64,000 nucleotides of DNA from an uncultured virus (IMG/VR IMGVR_UViG_3300017763_003471) (taxonomy: Duplodnaviria; Heunggongvirae; Uroviricota; Caudoviricetes). Position 1 is the first letter of the stretch. Each line of letters starts with the position of its first letter. The DNA lies in IMG/VR virus record IMGVR_UViG_3300017763_003471, positions 1 to 64,000 of that record. One strand, 5' to 3'. Positions 56,112 to 64,000 of the stretch are shown here, one piece after another. A program made the translations under genes and the position numbers. The notes under the pieces were generated by a model that was given only the letters and a program-made list of their open reading frames with translations, searched no databases and had not been told where the DNA came from.

Positions 56112-58901
56112 TTAAAACTCAAATAGATTTGTAAATTGTTCAGATGCATCAGCATCACTTAGGTCCCACTTAAGAACACCAATAAGATTATCTAGTTTCT
56201 TATCAATGATTGTTGCTTCCATTAACTCATCATCAAAAGGAAGTTCTTGAAACCATTCAGGGATACGTTTTTCATCAATTGGATATGCAACACTTGTCAT
56301 TTTTAACGCATTAGGTTTTAGTTTACATACAATAGTTTTCATACCATCAACAATCTCAATAGAGTATTTGTCTGCATGAAGTTCACGTAATGTATTCCAA
56401 TTCAAAGCCGCACTGACATGACCTGGCAAATGAATTTTATCTTTCTTATTATCTTCGCCTTCTAGTTTGAAATCTTTGCCTTGTTGCTTTGCAATCTTTT
56501 TTACTTTATTTCTATACATAGTAAGATTGTTAACACGTTTAGGAGTACCCTTTTCCCAACCAGGCTTTGCTCTGAATTCTTTTTTAAACTCTTTAACCAT
56601 TTCGATTACGTCTTGTTCCGTTCCGTCTGTTAAAATTTTAACAAGAACATCACTCAAAAAGTTCTGCATATAATCAGGAGTATCACTACGTTTCAAGTCG
56701 AGACCCATAGCTTTTACTTTACCAGGTTTACCATCTACGTCTTTTCTTACACCCTCATCATCAAAAATAAGCATTGCATAACGTTTCTTCTTAATAAAGA
56801 TACCCATACTTGCACAGTTCTCTCGACCTGCCGCAATAATTTCACCTTGCTTACGTGGAGAATTAAAGAAGTCTTTCATAAAGTCAGGGAAACTTGCATT
56901 GACTTGATTTGCAATCTCATCATACAGTTCAATAACTTTTTCTCTAGTCCATTCAATCTTACCTTCATCAATGTCTTCCTTGTAAACAGGATACATAGAA
57001 TAATAGATACTATCTGTATCGCCATAGATGATGGACTCGCCTTTGTAGTCATAAGTACCAGCAATTACTTCATTAGTTTTAGCACCCATATGTCTTGTGA
57101 TACAACGACCAGATAGAGTTGTACTCTGACCAATACGTTTATCATAGAAACGACACCCTGGATTTAGAATCGCACCATACAAACTATTCAAGTTAATCTT
57201 TTTAACTAGTTGTCGTTTATCCCAGAACGCAATCTTTTCTTTATCACCTTCTTCAATAGCTTTCTTCTTGTTCGTTTGTAGTATCTTACGTTCAGCATAC
57301 CAACGTTCTAATAAACTAGGAATGATACCTTGTACGTCTTGTTTAAGAACAGTGCCATTGGCAGTAATAGCCCATTGCAAGTCGCTATGAAATACTAAGT
57401 TATGTATCTCTGCACCAGTCATGTCTGCTACTTCGCCTGACTCTAATTTAAGATTAATCTTTTCTGTCTTATCTTTTTCATTGACTAGTCTGAATTCTTC
57501 TGCACTAAACGTATCTTCCCAAGCCTGAGCCGCACCGAAACCTTTACTACCATTTCGTCTACCATGTGCAATTCTATCACCAATCATCTTCTCTGTTAGA
57601 GTTGGCTCAAGTTGTGCAACAATAGTTTCTGGAGACATATTCAATGCACGAATGATTGAAGGATAAAGTGAATTGATATCAATACCTGATACCCATCGTT
57701 GAATACCTGTCTTTGGATTTGCCACAAAAGCACCTGCGGCTTTTTGTTTCTCTGCTTCTTCTAGTTCTGCATCAGTTGGTTCGATATCATCTTCTCCCCA
57801 ATCTTTAGCTTTTCTATCAGGCACGACCATATCTCTACGATGTGCCTCATTAATAATCGCTTGTTCTGTAACTGCAACTGCACCCATAGTTGTTTTGATA
57901 TTAACTGTGTTGTCGTGTGCAATCTCATTTGCTAAGTCAATGAATTGTAATTTTTTATCTAAGTTGCCTAGTAGTGCAACGTCTTGTCTGTTATATTCAA
58001 TGTACTTGTAAAAATCTCTGTTGTATAATTGGTCAAGAGTTCCATCATATGGAACTTTGTTTTCACCAAGTTCATACTCACCAATAGCATCAAGTGAATA
58101 TGAATGCATTTCATGATATGTATACTTACGATAAAGTTCAAGATAGTCTAAGTGAATACGACCTGACAAGTCATATGTGATTTGTTCTCTACCATACTTA
58201 ACTACCCGTCTTTCGTGTGGAAGTAAATCCCACAAACAAAGTTTACGTGTATGTGATTTACTCATCATACGAGTAATACGTCTAACTGTATATGGGATAT
58301 CAAAACCTTCTGAGTTCCAGCCTGATAAAACATCTGCATCATCAATCAATGCAATGAAGTCATTTAACATATCTACTTCGTCAAGATATAAAAATGTATC
58401 ATCGAATTGTTTACAGATTCGTTCTGCTTCCTCTAGACCTTCTCCTTCTTGCATATGCTTAGGAGGGATAGCAAACGTAACTAGTTTATCTAACCACTGT
58501 AGATAAACAGTAATTGCAGTGATAGGCATAAAGGGATCCTCTGGAGGAGCAAATCCCTTATCTGCATCAAAGTCTACCTCGATATCAAAAAACGCAACAT
58601 GTAGCTTTGGAGAATCTACACCGTTGTAGTTCTCACTTAAACATCTTACTTCTGGTTTGATATCGCTTTCGTATAGTGATTTACCTGAGTTTATTCTTCG
58701 CTCTTTGTGTAAATCTTTTAATCGTTTGCATTTAATCTCACGTACTTTGTCACCATGAATACTAGTGTGTTGTCCTCTAGGATCTTTGACATAAAATGTA
58801 CGCCATGCAGGGAAGTCGTTATAGACACGTTTTCCATTGACACGTTCTATGACTTGAACAATGTCTTTATCTCTGTTGTAATAGGCGTCTACATAACTCA
58901 T
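56112..58901 (-). CDS. family B DNA polymerase (gp43-like)
   Basis: FDIE, WNSEGFDIPY, DINSLYPS, KKINLNSLYG, YGDTDS, KKKRY; no intein seen. Confidence 0.97.
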   Translation of the reverse strand: MSYVDAYYNRDKDIVQVIERVNGKRVYNDFPAWRTFYVKDPRGQHTSIHGDKVREIKCKRLKDLHKERRINSGKSLYESDIKPEVRCLSENYNGVDSPKLHVAFFDIEVDFDADKGFAPPEDPFMPITAITVYLQWLDKLVTFAIPPKHMQEGEGLEEAERICKQFDDTFLYLDEVDMLNDFIALIDDADVLSGWNSEGFDIPYTVRRITRMMSKSHTRKLCLWDLLPHERRVVKYGREQITYDLSGRIHLDYLELYRKYTYHEMHSYSLDAIGEYELGENKVPYDGTLDQLYNRDFYKYIEYNRQDVALLGNLDKKLQFIDLANEIAHDNTVNIKTTMGAVAVTEQAIINEAHRRDMVVPDRKAKDWGEDDIEPTDAELEEAEKQKAAGAFVANPKTGIQRWVSGIDINSLYPSIIRALNMSPETIVAQLEPTLTEKMIGDRIAHGRRNGSKGFGAAQAWEDTFSAEEFRLVNEKDKTEKINLKLESGEVADMTGAEIHNLVFHSDLQWAITANGTVLKQDVQGIIPSLLERWYAERKILQTNKKKAIEEGDKEKIAFWDKRQLVKKINLNSLYGAILNPGCRFYDKRIGQSTTLSGRCITRHMGAKTNEVIAGTYDYKGESIIYGDTDSIYYSMYPVYKEDIDEGKIEWTREKVIELYDEIANQVNASFPDFMKDFFNSPRKQGEIIAAGRENCASMGIFIKKKRYAMLIFDDEGVRKDVDGKPGKVKAMGLDLKRSDTPDYMQNFLSDVLVKILTDGTEQDVIEMVKEFKKEFRAKPGWEKGTPKRVNNLTMYRNKVKKIAKQQGKDFKLEGEDNKKDKIHLPGHVSAALNWNTLRELHADKYSIEIVDGMKTIVCKLKPNALKMTSVAYPIDEKRIPEWFQELPFDDELMEATIIDKKLDNLIGVLKWDLSDADASEQFTNLFEF

Positions 58902-59162
58902 TTATAGGGTACGTCCTACAGTCTCTAACACTTCCTCAACATCAGCAAAGTCTTGTTTTGCTTCTGTTAGTTTTGCCTTATGTGCTAGGCTAATCGCTTT
59001 ATTTAGAACACCTGGTTTGATATCAAACTCATCAGCGATTGCTTTAACTGTATCACGTAGACCACCTTTTAGGTCGTCAACTTCTTGTAGTACTGAGCAT
59101 CCCTCATCTACTAATTGCTTTAACTTAGCTTTGTCTTCTGTACTTAATGTATCTATTGACAT
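58902..59162 (-). CDS. small dsDNA-binding protein (T4 DsbA/GapR-like)
   Basis: KLKQLVDEG...LRDTVKAIADEFDIKPGVLNKAI; AAGGAGGTGA RBS. Confidence 0.6.
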   Translation of the reverse strand: MSIDTLSTEDKAKLKQLVDEGCSVLQEVDDLKGGLRDTVKAIADEFDIKPGVLNKAISLAHKAKLTEAKQDFADVEEVLETVGRTL

Positions 59163-59180
59163 ATAGTCACCTCCTTAGGT

Positions 59181-59244
59181 TAAAAAAGAGTGTCCCATTT
59201 CTGAAACACTCTTTAATAATACATTAAGTGACTACGAAAGTCAA
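59181..59244 (-). terminator. terminator hairpin overlapping the start site of a sigma70 promoter
   Basis: TTGACT-17-TATTAT (59216-59244), then AAAGAGTGTTTCA-GAAA-TGGGACACTCTTT-TTT. Confidence 0.7.
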
Positions 59245-59258
59245 TAGTTATTTTGAAA

Positions 59259-61139
59259 TTATTCTTTATTTCCGCCTGTCATTGCACTGACAAACTTTGC
59301 ACCTGGACTTGCCTTAATCGCTTTTTTGATAACTTTTCCACCAATGGCTCTTGCCGCCGCACCCGCTAATGGGGCTAATGGAGCCAATTCATTTACTTTC
59401 TGTGCAAGTGCATCAATCTTTACAAAGTCTGAGTCAGTTAGGTCTGACATTTTCTTTGGATTAGATTTTAGTTTGATGTTCTTACCACCAACTGAGATAG
59501 AGTCACCAGCTTTCTTACCTTGCTTAGCCGCTTTATCTAGTTCTTTGTAGAATTCATTGTACTCTGACATTGCAATTCTAGCCGAATTGTTAACAATTCT
59601 GTCTGCTACATCGTCTGCATTGAATACTTTTACTTTAGACTTTTTGATTTGTCCACCAGTTAAATCTGATGCCTTATTTTGTATACCAGCACCAACGGCT
59701 TTTGCTACTTTACCGATAATTCCACCAGCCGCTTGAGCAGGACCAGATTTACCTATAGCTTTTGCAGTATCAATACCTTTCTTAGCCATGTCAGCGCCTT
59801 GTTTAACTTTACCAGCTACTTGACCTACTTTCTTTGCTACGTTCATAGCAGTATCTAGTTTGCCTTCTTTCATAGAACCTAAGGCAAAGTCTGCAATCTT
59901 AAGCATACCAGCTTTAGTTTTTAGCATGTTGTCAATTTTTTCTCTGTTAGCATCGTTTACTTTATCATAAACTTGTGTAACAGCCGATGCAGTAAATAAA
60001 TCTACTTTCATCTGACCATCATCAAATTTAACAGGCATGTTTTGTTTGTCTGCTACAATTTTCTTTAGAGTATCCATTGCACCTTCTTCAATCATTGCTG
60101 ATTCTTCTACTGCCAAATTTGCATCGATACCAGCAGTTGATTTCATTCCCCAATGTTCAGCCGCCTTTTTAGCCGCTCCGTATGAAGAAGTCGCATGACA
60201 TTCGTGTTTGCCTTTATCAGCATGTACACAAATGTATGGTTTTTCATCTGCTTCTGAAACTGATTCATTTGCATGACCAAGTTCTTCCATTCTCTTAGCA
60301 ACCATAGGTCTAACATCTTTGTTACCTTCGTCTTGTGCAACGTACATATCATCTAATAGTTCATCATCAAAAACAAATCCCATAATCATGTCACTTGTTT
60401 CTTCACTCGCTGGACGAGGTTTAGACATAAACTCATTATATTTTGCAACAGCCTCAGAATATTCTTCTTCTGGTTGACCATCATATTTCATTAAGCCACC
60501 AATCATAGTGCCTTCTTTAATACCCATTGCTTTTGCTTGGTCTTCAAGTTCTGCTTTTCTACGCATTAATTCTTTTTTAAGTTCTTCGTTTTTACTTGTG
60601 TCAGGGTCCATCTGAATATCTTGTAATGCTTTACGTTTAGCCATATAATCTTCTTTATTTTTAAGAGCAGTTGAAGATTCTTCGATACTTTCTTCTGTAT
60701 CATCAGGCTTATTCGCCATTACCGCATCATAGTCTGCCATTTCTTCATCGTTTGGCATTTCTTCTGCATCTGGTGTTTCCATATCCATACCTGGTTGTTC
60801 TGGAGCCACATCCATATCTGGTTGTTCTGGAGACATGTCCATATCACTTGGTGCTTCAGGATCCATTGCTGGAACTTCAGGAGCCATTGCAGGAAGACTT
60901 TCACCACCACCTAAATCTAGTGTGTGCATTCTAGCCGCTAGACTATCTGACATACGTTCATATGCTTCGTATGATTTATTATGTTGGCTTGAAAATGTCT
61001 GTGCAATATCATGTATTGCATCACGGGCATTCTTGCCACCTTCTAATTCTGTTTTGAGTTGTTCCGTACCACGGTTTAAGTAATCTTCAAACTCATCGTT
61101 ATTGATTACAAAACTCTCGGTTAATTGTGTAAGTTTCAT
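59259..61139 (-). CDS. mosaic low-complexity protein, putative head-internal polyprotein
   Basis: MKLTQLTE|S start and repeated hydrophobic-X-E|small sites between modules. Confidence 0.65.
   Translation of the reverse strand: MKLTQLTESFVINNDEFEDYLNRGTEQLKTELEGGKNARDAIHDIAQTFSSQHNKSYEAYERMSDSLAARMHTLDLGGGESLPAMAPEVPAMDPEAPSDMDMSPEQPDMDVAPEQPGMDMETPDAEEMPNDEEMADYDAVMANKPDDTEESIEESSTALKNKEDYMAKRKALQDIQMDPDTSKNEELKKELMRRKAELEDQAKAMGIKEGTMIGGLMKYDGQPEEEYSEAVAKYNEFMSKPRPASEETSDMIMGFVFDDELLDDMYVAQDEGNKDVRPMVAKRMEELGHANESVSEADEKPYICVHADKGKHECHATSSYGAAKKAAEHWGMKSTAGIDANLAVEESAMIEEGAMDTLKKIVADKQNMPVKFDDGQMKVDLFTASAVTQVYDKVNDANREKIDNMLKTKAGMLKIADFALGSMKEGKLDTAMNVAKKVGQVAGKVKQGADMAKKGIDTAKAIGKSGPAQAAGGIIGKVAKAVGAGIQNKASDLTGGQIKKSKVKVFNADDVADRIVNNSARIAMSEYNEFYKELDKAAKQGKKAGDSISVGGKNIKLKSNPKKMSDLTDSDFVKIDALAQKVNELAPLAPLAGAAARAIGGKVIKKAIKASPGAKFVSAMTGGNKE
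60775..60897 (-). repeat. intragenic tandem repeats (27-bp and 21-bp units)
   Basis: Encode PEQP(D/G)MD twice and PAM(A/D)PE twice. Confidence 0.75.
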
Positions 61140-61375
61140 TATTTTGCTCTCTTAATCATTGGACTCTTGACAGGCTTATTATAAACTAAGTTACCTACAT
61201 CGGCAGAAAAACCCATCTTATAGTTCTCTTGTTTCTTTTTATTCTTAGGTGTTAGATACCCAAAAGGATCTACTGCCTTTCTGGCATCTTTAGCCTTCGT
61301 TCCCGGTGTCATTGGAAATGCCACACTAGCGAAACTACCACTAAAATTTTCACCTAATAATTCGTTTATTTTCAT
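61139..61375 (-). CDS. small putative head protein
   Basis: MKINELLGE|N start; late-type GATAAATA at 61381-61388. Confidence 0.6.
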   Translation of the reverse strand: MKINELLGENFSGSFASVAFPMTPGTKAKDARKAVDPFGYLTPKNKKKQENYKMGFSADVGNLVYNKPVKSPMIKRAK

Positions 61376-61399
61376 AATACTATTTATCAAATTAATTAA

Positions 61400-62722
61400 T
61401 TATTTTAAATTTACTAGTTCATTGAAGTGAGGGAAATGCTCTGAATATGAGATTTTTCTTCTATCCTCTAGCATTTTAAACTGTTTTTGAGCAAGTAACT
61501 TAGTCTTTTCTGGTACTTCACTCGCTACTAAGTCTTTCATTGTATTCATTAATCCAATATATCTTTGTTTTTTATAAAAATTACCAGACATATTCTTAAA
61601 ATACTCTATTTGTTCTTGTACTGTATCTGCATGATGAGGCTCTAATGAATCTATCGCTAAATGCTCTGGATTATCTACCCAATTTTGATGCATTAATATT
61701 GTCTTATCATAATCATATTTGTTTATCTTGTCATTAAGATATACTAAGAAGTCTTTAAAATAAGGAAGACTTAAACTGTTATGGGCACAACCAAATCCCA
61801 ATACTAAATTATCTATTTCTTTTGATTTCTCAAAGAATAAATCTAAATTCTCGTCCCATTTAGCAAAGTCTAATCCCCACCTAATTAACTCACTCTGTCT
61901 ATGTAATGCTTCACCCGATAGTTGCATTTCATAACGTATATTTGGTGTTCGATTTACTAGTTCAATAAATTTATCAAATTTCTTTTTAGGAAAGTTTAAA
62001 TTAGTTGTAACTGTAATTACTACTATCTGTCCTTCCCTATGTGTGTCGTTAATATTCATCATAAAGTTTTCAATAAATCTAAACATATGGTCAGTAAAGA
62101 ATGGCTCACCACCTAGCAAACTAAAATTAACATGACCTTGACCTACAAGTTTCTTATCCCAATATCCGTTTAATATCTCTAGTGTCTTATCAAACATTGC
62201 ATCATCTGTATCTGGAAATCTTTGACCTAATTCTTTCTGCCAACGAGTACTAGAACCTCCCCAACAATAAACACATGCCATATTACATTTGTTTGTTAGT
62301 TCTATTTCAATGAATTTAAAGTTATCATGTTCCATCATATCTCTATGGAACTGTTTTGCTAAATTAGGGTGATTACCTGCTTTTTGATATTGTCTTTTTA
62401 AACGATAATCAAAATTCTTATTATATTCAGTTCTTACACTACTGCCACCAGCATCTTCTGTTCGCCAACAACCTACGCAATCAGGACTACGTGTACCTCC
62501 ACTTAAGTCGTACTTTCTTTTTTGAAGTATAGGGTGATTGAATAAGAAATCTTCTGTAAGTGTATTGTAATCAAACGTAAGTTCTTCCATTTGTTTGTTA
62601 GTGTATTGAGTTTTACAACACCACTTAACAGTTCTTTGAGGTAAGGATATAATAATGTCGTTCCAGTTTTTGAAACACATCGTATTATATAAATTATGAA
62701 GATTTGGATTTATTTCATTCAT
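61400..62722 (-). CDS. radical SAM protein with N-terminal twitch domain (type A-like)
   Basis: MC..W...WCCK...CVGCW; CNMACVYC; GGEPF. Confidence 0.88.
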   Translation of the reverse strand: MNEINPNLHNLYNTMCFKNWNDIIISLPQRTVKWCCKTQYTNKQMEELTFDYNTLTEDFLFNHPILQKRKYDLSGGTRSPDCVGCWRTEDAGGSSVRTEYNKNFDYRLKRQYQKAGNHPNLAKQFHRDMMEHDNFKFIEIELTNKCNMACVYCWGGSSTRWQKELGQRFPDTDDAMFDKTLEILNGYWDKKLVGQGHVNFSLLGGEPFFTDHMFRFIENFMMNINDTHREGQIVVITVTTNLNFPKKKFDKFIELVNRTPNIRYEMQLSGEALHRQSELIRWGLDFAKWDENLDLFFEKSKEIDNLVLGFGCAHNSLSLPYFKDFLVYLNDKINKYDYDKTILMHQNWVDNPEHLAIDSLEPHHADTVQEQIEYFKNMSGNFYKKQRYIGLMNTMKDLVASEVPEKTKLLAQKQFKMLEDRRKISYSEHFPHFNELVNLK

Positions 62723-64000
62723 TTTTTCTTTGTACGCAGTAGCTTCTTAGGTTTCCCATCTTTATCTACATCATTACCAAACTTTTTAGCTTGTTTAGTA
62801 ATTTCGTTGGGACCTACGTCAACTGTGGTATTTATGCCAGGTATAACTCTACCTACGCCAGCCGCTTCTTTAACATCTTTTATACTGAATACTTTCTTAA
62901 TTGCTTGTACTGTATTTGCAGTAGTTGTTGTGTGATGTTTAATTGCGATACCACCAGCTGATTGCCATGCATCGACATTCTTACCAAAATCATCAATTAA
63001 CAAGTTCGGACTACCGTCTTGTTTCTTTGCATATTTTGATTTATTATGGTCAATGATAACTTGCTCTGGTTTAAAGAAGTTTAAATGTTTTCTCACCCAC
63101 TCTCTTTTGCCAGGATCTACGTTAGGATCATTTGCTAGAGGGGAACTCAATATTTTGTATTTGCCTTTTACAGCCTTAATTGTTTGTAGCAAATCTTTGT
63201 AACCTGCTAATGTTGGCAAGTCTTCCCAGAAGTTTGGAGTACTAACAATCTTCTTTAATGCTTTGCCTATATCTTTCTTTGGTATATCTCTGTATGACTT
63301 AACGCCAACTAGTCTAGCCCATTCATTGAAGAAATCAACTAACACACCGTCCATATCAACATATACATCTGGTGTAGATGTCTCTGCTTCTGTTGTCGTT
63401 GTTGGCTTTGTACTTTTCTTATTCTTAAAACTATCGTACTTATTTTTTGCCCAATTATATGCCGCACCTGTTGATGTAACTCCACCTGCTATCTTAGGTG
63501 CAGGGTCATTTCTCAGAAACTTCGCTACATGAGGTGCCGCCATTCTGGCGCCATGTGCTATTGCTTGTCCAACAGGAACTATCCATTCATCTGTCTTATC
63601 TTTATCTAAACCTTTTTCTATTGCTCCCATGTAATCAGGTATCTTTGTCTTAACCCATGGGCCTCTGTGCATAAATCTTGCACTCATCATAACATTTACA
63701 CCACGTAATTCTTCTGGATCAAATATCATTACTTGATATTGTCTCTTTTCATTATCAACACCTACTACTTCTACATTCATTTCATCATACTTCTTACCTT
63801 TGTAAGTAATACCATGTCCTGTCATAAATCTAGCAACCGCTTCGAATAGTGCATTTTCTCTAACTGGAACTTTGCTTAGTAGTTGTTCTTTGCTTAGTTT
63901 ATAGTTAGATTTCATCCACTCATCTTTTAAATCAGCAATCATCTTACCAAGATTAGGACCAGCTACATAACCTCTTGCTAGTAAGTCTTTACCATTGATT
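62719..64000 (-). CDS. 5'-partial fusion: CCA/poly(A) nucleotidyltransferase C-terminus plus NT5C-like HAD phosphatase
   Basis: Frame open from 63999: INGKDLLARGYVAGPNLGKMIADLKDEW (CCA-enzyme tail); VYVDMDGVLVDF, ILSSP, K..W, LLIDD (NT5C). Confidence 0.75.
   Translation of the reverse strand, partial: INGKDLLARGYVAGPNLGKMIADLKDEWMKSNYKLSKEQLLSKVPVRENALFEAVARFMTGHGITYKGKKYDEMNVEVVGVDNEKRQYQVMIFDPEELRGVNVMMSARFMHRGPWVKTKIPDYMGAIEKGLDKDKTDEWIVPVGQAIAHGARMAAPHVAKFLRNDPAPKIAGGVTSTGAAYNWAKNKYDSFKNKKSTKPTTTTEAETSTPDVYVDMDGVLVDFFNEWARLVGVKSYRDIPKKDIGKALKKIVSTPNFWEDLPTLAGYKDLLQTIKAVKGKYKILSSPLANDPNVDPGKREWVRKHLNFFKPEQVIIDHNKSKYAKKQDGSPNLLIDDFGKNVDAWQSAGGIAIKHHTTTTANTVQAIKKVFSIKDVKEAAGVGRVIPGINTTVDVGPNEITKQAKKFGNDVDKDGKPKKLLRTKKK

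Noticed and set aside
6887..63532. Many 60-130 aa ORFs antisense to or nested in long genes
   Set aside because: No recognisable RBS or motifs; composition typical of shadow frames in AT-rich coding DNA.
1..64000. Bacterial chromosome origin; CRISPR arrays, tRNAs, IS elements, stop-codon recoding
   Set aside because: Host-like genes are interleaved with phage replication genes and late promoters. No repeat-spacer array, cloverleaf or transposase seen. TAA, TAG and TGA all end full-length genes.

Overview
AT-rich (about one-third GC by eye), gene-dense, standard-code segment of a large lytic dsDNA phage. It is T4-related, probably a jumbo myophage, and probably aquatic. Phage evidence: family-B DNA polymerase, gp45-like clamp, T4 RNase H-like nuclease, thyA/folA, T4-type late promoters and small early ORFs behind near-consensus sigma70 promoters. 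A GTTC-N7-GTTC SOS box and GANTC sites in promoter spacers suggest an alphaproteobacterial host (inference). Layout: (1) 1-3.8 kb, small early genes, structured non-coding DNA and an ACP. (2) 3.86-25.2 kb, a + strand tailoring island with 7 radical SAM enzymes, 3 AspH-like oxygenases, carbamoyltransferase, SGNH protein, a 7-repeat GT-A-like protein, 2 methyltransferase-like proteins, a PLP enzyme and RpiB. (3) 30.2-36.7 kb, a fatty-acyl cassette (AMP-ligase, halogenase-like flavoprotein, 2 desaturases, GNAT-like protein, FabF) lying between a MoxR AAA gene and its vWA partner, which share a duplicated 56-bp promoter. (4) 45-54 kb, a 7-deazaguanine locus (TGT/DpdA-like, DpdL-like T-fold protein, GT-B glycosyltransferase, folE, queE) interleaved with metK, flavodoxin, apt, a purine permease and rhodanese. 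(5) Replication genes. (6) Putative head-packaged polyproteins with gp21-type cleavage sites, AMP-like peptides and a CCA-enzyme/HAD-phosphatase fusion. No tRNA, CRISPR array or IS element could be supported. All calls come from motif recognition by eye; no searches were run.
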